The notes under the pieces: model-generated
What the model was told of the DNA's origin: nothing
Database searches by the model: none
What the model saw: the letters and a program-made list of their open reading frames with translations, nothing else
Shown: positions 18,275-26,911 of the stretch, one piece after another
Numbering within the stretch: the first letter of the stretch is position 1
Layout: each line of letters opens with the position of its first letter
Position numbers and translations under genes: made by a program
Source of the DNA: an uncultured bacterium
GTDB taxonomy: Bacteria; Krumholzibacteriota; Krumholzibacteriia; LZORAL124-64-63
Direction of reading: 5' to 3'
Length of the DNA stretch: 64,000 bases
Assembly: GCA_963727525.1 (NCBI GenBank)
Contig: CAVSGO010000007.1
Location: 1,792,001-1,856,000 of the forward strand

Positions 18275-20305
18275 TCAGGCGTCGACGAGATTGGCCGCGA
18301 TGACCTCGGCGATGTCGCGCACGTGGAGCGATTCCTGCCGATCCGTCTCCTTCACGCCGTCCTCGAGCATGGTGAGGCAGAACGGGCAACTCGTACACAC
18401 CTCGCTCGCGCCGGTGGCCGCCGCCTCCTCGATGCGGTTGATATTGATTCGGGATCCGAGGTTCTCTTCCATGAACATGCGGCCGCCGCCGGCGCCGCAG
18501 CAGAAACCGCCTCGCCGCGAGCGCGGCATCTCGACCTGTTGCAGCCCGCCCACGGCGCCGAGCACCTCGCGCGGCGCATCGTACTCGTCGTTGTGACGGC
18601 CGAGATAGCAGGAATCGTGGAATGTCACCTCGTGCGCCGCCTCTGGCTTTACCCGCAGGCGACCCGCCTGCAGGAGGTCGCGCAGGAGTTGGCTGTGGTG
18701 CACCACCTCGACCCCGTCCAGGCCGAAATCGGGATATTCGTTCCTGATGATGTTGTATCCATGCGGGCACGCGGTGACGACCTTCGCCACCTTGTACTTC
18801 TTGAAGTGCTCGATGTTCTGCTGCGCTTGCATCTGGAAGAGATACTCGTTGCCCACGCGCCGCGAGACGTCGCCGCAGCACCCCTCCTCGATGCCGAGGA
18901 TCGCAAAGTCCACCGCGGCGCGCTGCAGACAGGTGACGAGGGCGCGCTGCACCTGCTGGTTTCGCGCATCGAAGCTACCCGCGCACCCGACGAAGAGCAG
19001 GTACTCGGCCGTGCCCTTGTCGCGCAGCTTCGGCACGTCGAGCCCCTCGCACCAGTCCTCGCGCGCTTGCGCGCTCTGATTCCACGGGTTGCTGTTGGTC
19101 TCGAGGCCGCGCAACGCGTTCTGTAGCGCGCTCGGCACCTTGGCCTGCATCATGGTCAGATGGCGACGCTGGTCGATGATGTTGGGCACGTGGTCGATCT
19201 GTACCGGACAGTGCGCCATGCAGTAGCCACAGGTGGTGCAGGCCCAGAGCACGTCGTCCTCGATCACGCCGCCGGCCAGCGGCGGTCGCTCGATCGACTC
19301 GCTCAGCGCCTTGTACTCGGTCGTGCGTCCGCTGGCGCGCAGGCGTCCGAGCGCGGCGAGACGATCGGCGATGCCGTACACGTGGTCGCGTTCGGCGGTG
19401 ATCAGCTCGCGCGGGTGCAGCGGCTTGCCCGTGACGTGCGTGGGGCAGCCGGAGTTGCAGCGGCCGCACTCGGTACAGGTGTACATATCGAGCACACGGC
19501 GCCAGGAGAAGTCCTCCACCCTGCCCACGCCAAAGCTCTCCACCCCCGCGGCGGCAAGGGCCTCGAAGTCCATCTTCTGCAGGTGCGCCGAGGGCGTCAG
19601 GCGCGCCAGGAACACCGCGGGCAGTGCGGTGATCACGTGGAAGTGCTTGCCGAAGGGCAGGTAGTTCAAGAAGGCGAGCACGAGGACGACGTGCGACCAG
19701 AAGCACACGTGGTGCCACGTCATCTGGGTGCCGGGCGGCAGGCCCCCGAACGCGCCGCTGAGCGCCGTGGCAGCCCAGGCCCAGCCGCGCTCGCTCGCCC
19801 CCGCGTCGTGTGCGAAGCGCGCCGCATCGCCGGCGAGGTCGGTGAGCATGAGCAACCCGATCCAGAGCAGGATGAGCACGGCCTCGCCGCTGAATTTCAG
19901 ACGCGCCGGCCGCGTGACCAGGCGCCGAAGGATCGCATAGGTCACCGCTGCCAGCACCAGCAGCTCACCCGCATTCAGGATCACCAGGTAGAACTTGCCG
20001 AACCAGCCGCCGAAGCCGGGCAGGTTGAAGTCGGACACGAAACCACGTCCGACGAGCGTGGTCGTGCGGAAGGCGACGATCAGGAATCCGCCGAAGATCG
20101 TGGCGTGCATCCAGCCGGGGCCGCGCTCGTAGAGGAGCTTGCGCTGGCCAAAACCCACGGCCAGCAGCTCGCGCAGCCGGCGCCCGAGATGGTCGAGCCG
20201 GTTGTCCGGTTCCAGCGCCCGCATGACGAGGATGCGGTGGACCATCGTGTTGACGAAGAGGGCGAGGGTAGCGAGTAGCAAGAGGACCATGGCCAGCGGA
20301 CCCAT
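18275..20305 (-). CDS. Membrane-bound Fe-S oxidoreductase (FadF / HdrD-like with CCG domains)
   Basis: N-terminal TM helices, KHFH, CTECGRCNSGC, CTTCGYCMAHC, CCGD, HDSCYLGR, CCGAGGG. Confidence 0.88.
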   Translation of the reverse strand: MGPLAMVLLLLATLALFVNTMVHRILVMRALEPDNRLDHLGRRLRELLAVGFGQRKLLYERGPGWMHATIFGGFLIVAFRTTTLVGRGFVSDFNLPGFGGWFGKFYLVILNAGELLVLAAVTYAILRRLVTRPARLKFSGEAVLILLWIGLLMLTDLAGDAARFAHDAGASERGWAWAATALSGAFGGLPPGTQMTWHHVCFWSHVVLVLAFLNYLPFGKHFHVITALPAVFLARLTPSAHLQKMDFEALAAAGVESFGVGRVEDFSWRRVLDMYTCTECGRCNSGCPTHVTGKPLHPRELITAERDHVYGIADRLAALGRLRASGRTTEYKALSESIERPPLAGGVIEDDVLWACTTCGYCMAHCPVQIDHVPNIIDQRRHLTMMQAKVPSALQNALRGLETNSNPWNQSAQAREDWCEGLDVPKLRDKGTAEYLLFVGCAGSFDARNQQVQRALVTCLQRAAVDFAILGIEEGCCGDVSRRVGNEYLFQMQAQQNIEHFKKYKVAKVVTACPHGYNIIRNEYPDFGLDGVEVVHHSQLLRDLLQAGRLRVKPEAAHEVTFHDSCYLGRHNDEYDAPREVLGAVGGLQQVEMPRSRRGGFCCGAGGGRMFMEENLGSRININRIEEAAATGASEVCTSCPFCLTMLEDGVKETDRQESLHVRDIAEVIAANLVDA

Positions 20306-20412
20306 GAACGACCTTTCTGTCGAGACCTAAGGAACGGCGTAGGGCGGATTTCTTCCCCACTATAGCGTTCCTCGCCGCGAGGGGAAGGACAAAGCCCGGT
20401 GATCGGCGACTG

Positions 20413-21093
20413 TCAGTCGGCCGTCTGCTTGTCGCTCTCGCGGGTGCAGAGCAGGGCGCGGCACATCGCCATGCCGGACGGCCCGTCGGCGACGACAGCC
20501 TCGCGTGGACTCAGCTCGAGGGGGACGACGCGCCCGCAATGGCGCTGGCGCGCCTCCAGGTAGTCGGCGACGCGCAGGAGATAGAGGGAGCCGTCCTCGC
20601 ACAGCCAGGTCGCGTGATCCGCGTGGTCGCCGCTGACGCGGCGGCTCGCCGGGTCGAAATACGGCACCAGCCCCATCGGCGACGCCTGCCATAGCGGCGC
20701 CGCCTCGCGATGGCAGGTGAAGACGCAGCCGGCCGCGTGGCGGCGGGCCAGGTCCCTCGCTTCGAGCAGGCGGTGTGCGCCGAGAAGAGGCCGCTGCGGA
20801 TCGAGCACGAGCACGCCGTCGGGCGCCGGCCCGGGATCGGCCAGTAGCTGGTCCAGCACCGATTCCAGGCAGACGTGTCCCTGCGGATGGACGCGCGCGA
20901 TCGCGCCTGCCGATCGCGCCAGGACCTCCCAGCCAGTGGCGGCCGGCACGCTCAGGACGATCCGGGACGGCTCGACGGCGAGGCAGGTCCAGACGGCCCG
21001 CGCCAGGAGCGACACGCCCCCCAGCACCTGGCGCACCGGACCGGCCGATTCGCCCTGCCATCCGACGCCGATCACGGCCCAGAGATCACGCAC
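20413..21093 (-). CDS. Degenerate acylneuraminate cytidylyltransferase (NeuA)-like protein
   Basis: LGGVSLL near the N-terminus and EDGSLYLL...GRVVPLEL at the C-terminus resemble NeuA, but PARGGSK/KN and DID are absent. GTG 21093 follows GGGGAGG. Confidence 0.45.
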   Translation of the reverse strand: MRDLWAVIGVGWQGESAGPVRQVLGGVSLLARAVWTCLAVEPSRIVLSVPAATGWEVLARSAGAIARVHPQGHVCLESVLDQLLADPGPAPDGVLVLDPQRPLLGAHRLLEARDLARRHAAGCVFTCHREAAPLWQASPMGLVPYFDPASRRVSGDHADHATWLCEDGSLYLLRVADYLEARQRHCGRVVPLELSPREAVVADGPSGMAMCRALLCTRESDKQTAD

Positions 21094-21346
21094 GTTCCAC
21101 GCCTCCCCTCCCCGGCTTGGACGGCCGCGCCAGCCTTTACATCGCGGCCCGCGACCGTTACTGTGTGCCGGATCCCACCTCTGGCGGCAGTTTCTGCCGC
21201 CCGGGCGCGATGCTTTTCCCGGACCGGATCCCACGCCACGGAGATTCCTGCCCGGAGAACGACATCCGGCGATGTGAGCCTCGCCCTTGCAAGTTCGAGC
21301 CCACTTCGGCCGACCCATTGCGCCGGCTGCGGAACGGGGGACTGCC

Positions 21347-21751
21347 ATGGACGACACACGGATGAAAACGCTCTTCACGACCATGCGGACCGTGGCCGTG
21401 GTCGGCCTGTCTCCGAACCCGGAGCGTGCCAGCCACGGGATCGCGAAGTTCCTCATCGGGGCAGGATTCGACGTGGTGGGGGTGAATCCTGGTCATCAGG
21501 AGATCCTCGGCGTTCCGGTGTACCCGACGCTGGGGGATGTCCCCCATCCCGTGGACCTCGTCGACATCTTCCGACGCAGCGACACGGTGGAGCCGGTCGT
21601 CCAGGCGGCCATCGCCCGCGGCGACGGCTTCGTGTGGATGCAGGAGGGCGTGGTCAACGAGACCGCCGCCGACGCCGCCGGCGACGCCGGGATCCCCGTC
21701 GTGATGGACCGTTGCGTCTACAAGGAGTGGCTGCGCCTGATGAACGCGTAG
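21347..21751 (+). CDS. CoA-binding protein (YccU-like)
   Basis: VAVVGLSPNPERAS, VNP, VDLVDIFR, WMQEG, VMDRC. Confidence 0.9.
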   Translation: MDDTRMKTLFTTMRTVAVVGLSPNPERASHGIAKFLIGAGFDVVGVNPGHQEILGVPVYPTLGDVPHPVDLVDIFRRSDTVEPVVQAAIARGDGFVWMQEGVVNETAADAAGDAGIPVVMDRCVYKEWLRLMNA

Positions 21752-21760
21752 CCGGCAACC

Positions 21761-22828
21761 ATGATATCAGGACAGGACAGCCAGCGTCGCGCGGGACCGA
21801 GCCTCGTCACCGGGGCTCTCGGTTTCGTCGGCCCCTACCTCGTGGAGGCCCTGCTGCACGATGGCGAGACCGTGGTGGGGCTCGACCGGCGGCGAGCCGG
21901 TGGCGTACCGGCCGTGCGGGGGACGTTCCAGCTGGACGCGGCGTCCCCGGCCGACGGAACCACGGCCAATCTGGGCATGGCCCGGTACTCGGGTCCCGCC
22001 GGCACGTGGGACTGCTTTCTACAACCGCTCGGGGATGCCGAGGCGGTACTGGAACTCGTCCACCGGCTCCGCCCGGCAGCCATCTACCACCTGGCGGCCC
22101 AGAGTTCCGCCGCCGCATCTTTCACCGATCCCCGAGCCACGCTCGTGGGCAACCAGGCTGGCATCCTCAATCTCCTCGAGGCCGTGCGCAGCCTCCCCGC
22201 GGCCGAGCGCCCGAAGCTCGTGGTCACGGGATCGGCCGAGGAGTACGGCACCGCGATCCGCAGCGGACGACCCTGCCGCGAGGACGACGCGCTCGCGCCG
22301 GTCTCGCCCTATGGCGTCAGCAAGGCGACGCAGACCCTCCTCTGCCGCCAGTACCACCGCTCCTGGGACGTACCGGTGGTGGTCGCCCGCTCCTTCGGGC
22401 ATACGGGGGTCGGTCAGGATACCCGCTTCGTGTTTCCCAACTTCGCGACCCAGATCGCCCGGCTCGAGCGCGACGAGGCCGAGGGCGCCCTCGAGGTGGG
22501 CGACCTCTCCCCGATGCGCGACTATCTCGACGTGCGCGACGTCGTGGACGCTTACCGCCTGCTACGGGAACAGGGGCGCTCCGGTCAGGTCTATAACGTG
22601 TGCTCCGGACGGTCGTTGACGATCGGTGCCGGGCTGGAGATACTCCTCGGTGCCGCCCATCGGCCGATCTCCGTCCGCCAGGATGCGGCGCGACTGCGAC
22701 CGGCGGACATCCCGTGGTTGGTGGGCGACCCCGGTAAGCTGCAACTCGACACTGGCTGGCAACCTCGCCACCTCTTCGCTCGCACCCTGGGCGAGTTGCT
22801 GGCGACCGCCCGGAAGGAACAGGTATGA
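21761..22828 (+). CDS. Extended SDR nucleotide-sugar dehydratase/reductase (GDP-mannose 4,6-dehydratase / RMD-like)
   Basis: TGALGFVG, YHLAAQS, SPYGVSK, RDYLDVRDVV. Confidence 0.85.
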   Translation: MISGQDSQRRAGPSLVTGALGFVGPYLVEALLHDGETVVGLDRRRAGGVPAVRGTFQLDAASPADGTTANLGMARYSGPAGTWDCFLQPLGDAEAVLELVHRLRPAAIYHLAAQSSAAASFTDPRATLVGNQAGILNLLEAVRSLPAAERPKLVVTGSAEEYGTAIRSGRPCREDDALAPVSPYGVSKATQTLLCRQYHRSWDVPVVVARSFGHTGVGQDTRFVFPNFATQIARLERDEAEGALEVGDLSPMRDYLDVRDVVDAYRLLREQGRSGQVYNVCSGRSLTIGAGLEILLGAAHRPISVRQDAARLRPADIPWLVGDPGKLQLDTGWQPRHLFARTLGELLATARKEQV

Positions 22829-24159
22829 CGCGCATCTGCATGATCGGCACCGGCTACGTGGGTCTCGTCTCGGGGGCTTGCTTCGCCGATTTCGGCCACG
22901 ACGTGGTCTGCGTCGACATCCTCGAGGAACGCATCCAGGCCCTGCGCCGCGGCGAGATCCCGTTCTACGAGCCGGGCCTCGACATGCTGGTCACCAAGAA
23001 CGTGCGCGAGGAACACCTGCGCTTCACCACCGACCTGGCCGAGGGCATGCGCGAGGCCCAGGTGGTCTTCATCGCCGTGCAGACTCCCCAGTCGGCCAGC
23101 GGCGAGGCCGACCTCAGCTACGTCATGGAAGTTGGCAAACAGATCGGCTCCCTGCTCGACGACTACAAGGTCATCTGCACCAAGAGTACGGTGCCCGTGG
23201 GCACGGCCCACATTCTCGCGGACGTGATCCGCGCCGCGCAGCCGCACCCGGTGGACTTCGACATGGCAAGCAATCCGGAATTCCTGCGCGAGGGCAGCAG
23301 CATCGAGGATTTCATGCGGCCCGACCGTGTTGTCATCGGTACGGAATCGCCCCGCGCCGAGGAACTCATGCGAGGCATCTACCAGCCACTCTACTTGCTC
23401 GACACGCCGATCGTGCACTGCCCGCGCATCGAGACGGCGGAGCTGATCAAGTATGCCTGCAACAGTTTCCTCGCCGTGAAGATCAGCTTCATCAACGAGA
23501 TCGCGACGCTGGCGGAAGCGGTGGGCGCCGACGTGTCGCAGGTGGCCAAGGCCATGGGCCTCGACCGACGCATCGGGCCGAAGTTCCTGCACGCCGGGCT
23601 CGGTTTCGGCGGGAGCTGCTTTCCCAAGGACACCAACGCGATCGTGCGCATCGGCCACGACCACGACGCGCCCATGAGCATCGTGGCATCCGCCATCGCG
23701 GTCAACGACGCCCTGCCAGCACGCGCCTTCGCGAAGGCCGGCGCCATGGTGGGCGACCTGCGCGGCAAGACAGTGGGCTTGCTCGGCCTGTCGTTCAAGC
23801 CCAACACCGACGACATCCGTCAGGCCGGTAGCCTCGAGCTCACGCGGCTGCTCATGGAGAACGGCGCCACGGTGCGTGCCCACGATCCAGTCGCCATGGA
23901 CAACTTCCGCAAGGTCTACCCCGACATCGCCTACTGCCGCAATGCGTACGAGACCTGCGAGGGCGCCGACCTCTGTGTGCTGGTGACCGAGTGGAACCAG
24001 TACCGGCAGCTCGATTTCAACCACCTCGGCGAGATCATGACGCGCAAGCTCTTCCTCGATTGCCGCAACGTGTACAACCGCGAACGGATCGCGCCGTACG
24101 GATTCGCATATGCGTGCTTCGGCCGCCCCCACGAAACGATCGCGGAGGTCCACCCATGA
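22825..24159 (+). CDS. ugd: UDP-glucose 6-dehydrogenase
   Basis: GTGYVGL, KSTVPVGT, NPEFLREG, GFGGSCFPKD, FKPNTDDIR. Confidence 0.93.
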   Translation: MTRICMIGTGYVGLVSGACFADFGHDVVCVDILEERIQALRRGEIPFYEPGLDMLVTKNVREEHLRFTTDLAEGMREAQVVFIAVQTPQSASGEADLSYVMEVGKQIGSLLDDYKVICTKSTVPVGTAHILADVIRAAQPHPVDFDMASNPEFLREGSSIEDFMRPDRVVIGTESPRAEELMRGIYQPLYLLDTPIVHCPRIETAELIKYACNSFLAVKISFINEIATLAEAVGADVSQVAKAMGLDRRIGPKFLHAGLGFGGSCFPKDTNAIVRIGHDHDAPMSIVASAIAVNDALPARAFAKAGAMVGDLRGKTVGLLGLSFKPNTDDIRQAGSLELTRLLMENGATVRAHDPVAMDNFRKVYPDIAYCRNAYETCEGADLCVLVTEWNQYRQLDFNHLGEIMTRKLFLDCRNVYNRERIAPYGFAYACFGRPHETIAEVHP

Positions 24160-24611
24160 TCGATGGCGCCCTCGTCAAACCGCTCAAGCTGATCCCCGAC
24201 GAGCGTGGCTTCCTCTACGAGATGCTGCGGATCGACGACCCCTTCTTCCAGCAGTTCGGCCAGTGCTACCTCACCGCCGTGTACCCCGGCGTGGTGAAAG
24301 GCTGGCACTGGCACAAGCTGCAGACCGATCACTTCGTCTGCGTCAAGGGCATGGCGAAGGTGGTGCTCTACGACCGTCGCGAGGACTCGCCAACCCACGG
24401 CGAGGTAAACGAGTTCTTCATGGGCGAGCGCAACCCCATCCTCCTGGTCATCCCCCGCGGCGTGCTGCACGGCATGAAGGGTATCGGCACCGAGACCACC
24501 ATGATCATCAACCTGCCGACGCATACTTACAACCATCAGGACCCCGACGAGTACCGCGTCGACCCCCACGCCAACGAGATCCCTTACGACTGGGCCGCCC
24601 GCGATTTCTGA
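24156..24611 (+). CDS. dTDP-4-dehydrorhamnose 3,5-epimerase-family cupin
   Basis: DERGFL, VKGWHWH, IPRGVLHG; ATGA overlap with ugd. Confidence 0.85.
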   Translation: MIDGALVKPLKLIPDERGFLYEMLRIDDPFFQQFGQCYLTAVYPGVVKGWHWHKLQTDHFVCVKGMAKVVLYDRREDSPTHGEVNEFFMGERNPILLVIPRGVLHGMKGIGTETTMIINLPTHTYNHQDPDEYRVDPHANEIPYDWAARDF

Positions 24612-24633
24612 CGGGCCGGCCTGAAAGGCGACC

Positions 24634-25761
24634 ATGACCCCCAAGGAACTCCAGCGCGTCGGGCGCTACGACCTGGTGACGCCCATGATCCCGTGCAAAG
24701 ACGAGATCATGGCCGGTTTCGAGCGGATCCTGATGTCCGGCAACTACATCCTGGGAGAGGAAGTGCGCCTGCTGGAGCACGAGATGGCCGAGCAATGTGG
24801 CGTGCCCGACGCAGTGGGCGTGGCCAGCGGGTCCGAGGCGCTCTACCTCGCGCTCGCCATGGCGGGCGTGCGGCCGGGGAGCGAGGTGATCACCACCCCG
24901 TACACCTTCGACGCCACGATCGAGGCCATCATCATGCTCTATGCCCGCCCCGTGTTCGTCGACATCCGACCGGGCGACCTCAACATCGACCCCGGCCTGA
25001 TCGAGGCCGCCATCAGCCCGCGCACGCGCGCCATCCTGCCGGTGCACATCTTCGGCGCCCCCTGCGACATGGACCCCATCATGGACGTGGCCCGGCGCTT
25101 CGACCTGCAGGTCATCGTCGACATGGCCCAGGCCTGGGGCACCCTCTTCGAGGGCAAACCATGCGGCAGCATCGGGCGCATGAGCACCCTGAGCTTCTAT
25201 CCCACCAAGAACCTGCCGGGAATCGGCGACGGCGGTCTGGTCTTCTGCCGGGAGCGTGAGGACGCCGATCGCATCCGCCAGCTCCGCGGCCACAAGGCCC
25301 TGTGGATGAACAAGCATCTCTACTGCGGCTGGAACAGCCGCCTCGATGAGGTGCAGGCCATGGTCATCCGCGCTCGTCTCGCTCGGTTCGACGACGAGCA
25401 GCGCGACCGCAACCGCGTGGCGGAGATCTACGATTCCCTGATCCCGGCGGCCAACCGTCTGGACACGGCGACCTCGCCGGCGGGAACCCTCGTCACGTAC
25501 CACCAGTACTGGGTCCGGTCGCGGGCCCGGAACCAGCTCCGAGACGTGCTCGACGCCGCCGGGATCGACACCGGCATCTACTATGATCCGCCGCTTCACA
25601 AACACCCGCTCTCCGAGTACTGTCGCACGGGTACCCCGCTGCCCCAGGCCGAGGCTGCCGGCCGCGAGGTCTTGACCCTGCCGATCCACGCGGCCCTCCC
25701 CGAGGAACAGGCCCGCCGGATCGGCTCGATTGTCGGCGAGTTCCTGGCTGCCCACGGCTAG
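24634..25761 (+). CDS. DegT/DnrJ/EryC1/StrS PLP-dependent sugar aminotransferase
   Basis: PVHIFG, DMAQA, SFYPTKNL, NSRLDEVQA. Confidence 0.92.
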   Translation: MTPKELQRVGRYDLVTPMIPCKDEIMAGFERILMSGNYILGEEVRLLEHEMAEQCGVPDAVGVASGSEALYLALAMAGVRPGSEVITTPYTFDATIEAIIMLYARPVFVDIRPGDLNIDPGLIEAAISPRTRAILPVHIFGAPCDMDPIMDVARRFDLQVIVDMAQAWGTLFEGKPCGSIGRMSTLSFYPTKNLPGIGDGGLVFCREREDADRIRQLRGHKALWMNKHLYCGWNSRLDEVQAMVIRARLARFDDEQRDRNRVAEIYDSLIPAANRLDTATSPAGTLVTYHQYWVRSRARNQLRDVLDAAGIDTGIYYDPPLHKHPLSEYCRTGTPLPQAEAAGREVLTLPIHAALPEEQARRIGSIVGEFLAAHG

Positions 25762-25784
25762 CGAACGGATCGAAAGGCTCGGAC

Positions 25785-26834
25785 GTGAGCGCCAAGGTGC
25801 TAAGCTTCGGTACCCTCGACGCAAGCCTGGCCAAGGACCAGACGCAGATCGTCATGGACCGGATCCAGGCCGCCAGTCCGCGTCTGGCCTGCCAGATGCA
25901 ACGCTTGCCCTCGCCGCTGTCCGACGGCGAACGCGAGGGCGAGCCCTTCCTAGCGTGCAGTGCCCAGGAAGTCGAGTTCCTCGAGAATCAGCTCCTGGCC
26001 GGCGAGTTCCGCCTGCTCGTGGTGCGGGCTCCCGATCTCGTGCTGCCCCTGCGCAAGGGCCTCTGCATCGCCGCCGTTCCGGTGCGCGACACGCCCTTCG
26101 ACGCCCTGCTCTCGCGTCGCGGCATCATCATCGACGACCTCGAGGAAAGCGCCCATGTCGGCGTGCTCACGCTGCGCTCCAAGGTGCAGGTGCAGGCGCT
26201 GTGGCCGCACATCACGGTGTCGCTCCACCACGGCGGGGTGATGGCCTCTCTCGACCTGCTTTTGCGGCAGAGCGAGATCGATGCCCTCGTGGCCCCGGCG
26301 GCGGTGGCCGAGCATCTGGGTCTGCAGAGCGTGGTCTCCGAGATCTTCAATCCCGATCTGGTGCTACCTGGCGGCGGTCAGGGCATCCTCGTGGTGCTCG
26401 GGCGCAGCGACGACGCCGAAGCCCGCGAGCTGCTCGCCCCCATCCACAGTGAGGCCGCCCTGCGCGAGATGGAGGCCGAGCACGCGTTCCTGCAGCGCTT
26501 CGCCAGCGACCAGGACCTCCCGCTGAGTGTCCTGGCGCGCTGCGCCGGCGACCGCATCTCCATTGCCGGCGCCATCAGCTCGTCGCAGGGCGCCAGCGCT
26601 GCGCGGGCGGAAATCGAGGGCCCGCTGGATCAGGCCACGAACCTCGGGGCCCAGCTCGCCGAAGCGTTGCTGCAGAACGACGCCGTCGTGATCGGCCTGC
26701 TCGAGGCCGATTTCCCCGAGGGCGTGCCTGAAGACGACACGCTCGACGAGGCTGTCCCCAGCGAGCTGGAGCCGGACGTGATGGAGGAACTGGATCAGCT
26801 CACCGGGGAGTACGACGACGACGACGACATCTGA
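25785..26834 (+). CDS. HemC (porphobilinogen deaminase)-fold protein, probably catalytically inactive, with an acidic tail
   Basis: HemC layout is recognisable (GT..SLA..Q, RDTPFDAL, PGGGQG, AEHAFL). The cofactor Cys and most substrate-binding Arg are replaced. Ends in EYDDDDDI. Confidence 0.75.
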   Translation: MSAKVLSFGTLDASLAKDQTQIVMDRIQAASPRLACQMQRLPSPLSDGEREGEPFLACSAQEVEFLENQLLAGEFRLLVVRAPDLVLPLRKGLCIAAVPVRDTPFDALLSRRGIIIDDLEESAHVGVLTLRSKVQVQALWPHITVSLHHGGVMASLDLLLRQSEIDALVAPAAVAEHLGLQSVVSEIFNPDLVLPGGGQGILVVLGRSDDAEARELLAPIHSEAALREMEAEHAFLQRFASDQDLPLSVLARCAGDRISIAGAISSSQGASAARAEIEGPLDQATNLGAQLAEALLQNDAVVIGLLEADFPEGVPEDDTLDEAVPSELEPDVMEELDQLTGEYDDDDDI

Positions 26835-26857
26835 CGAAACGACCGTGGCAGGTCGCG

Positions 26858-26885
26858 GAAGGCCCGGGCCGTTGCCCGGGCCTTC
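26858..26885. terminator. Hairpin between convergent genes
   Basis: gaaggcccgggc-cgtt-gcccgggccttc. Confidence 0.6.
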
Positions 26886-26911
26886 GTCATACCGGCAGGA
26901 TCGCAAGCGCC

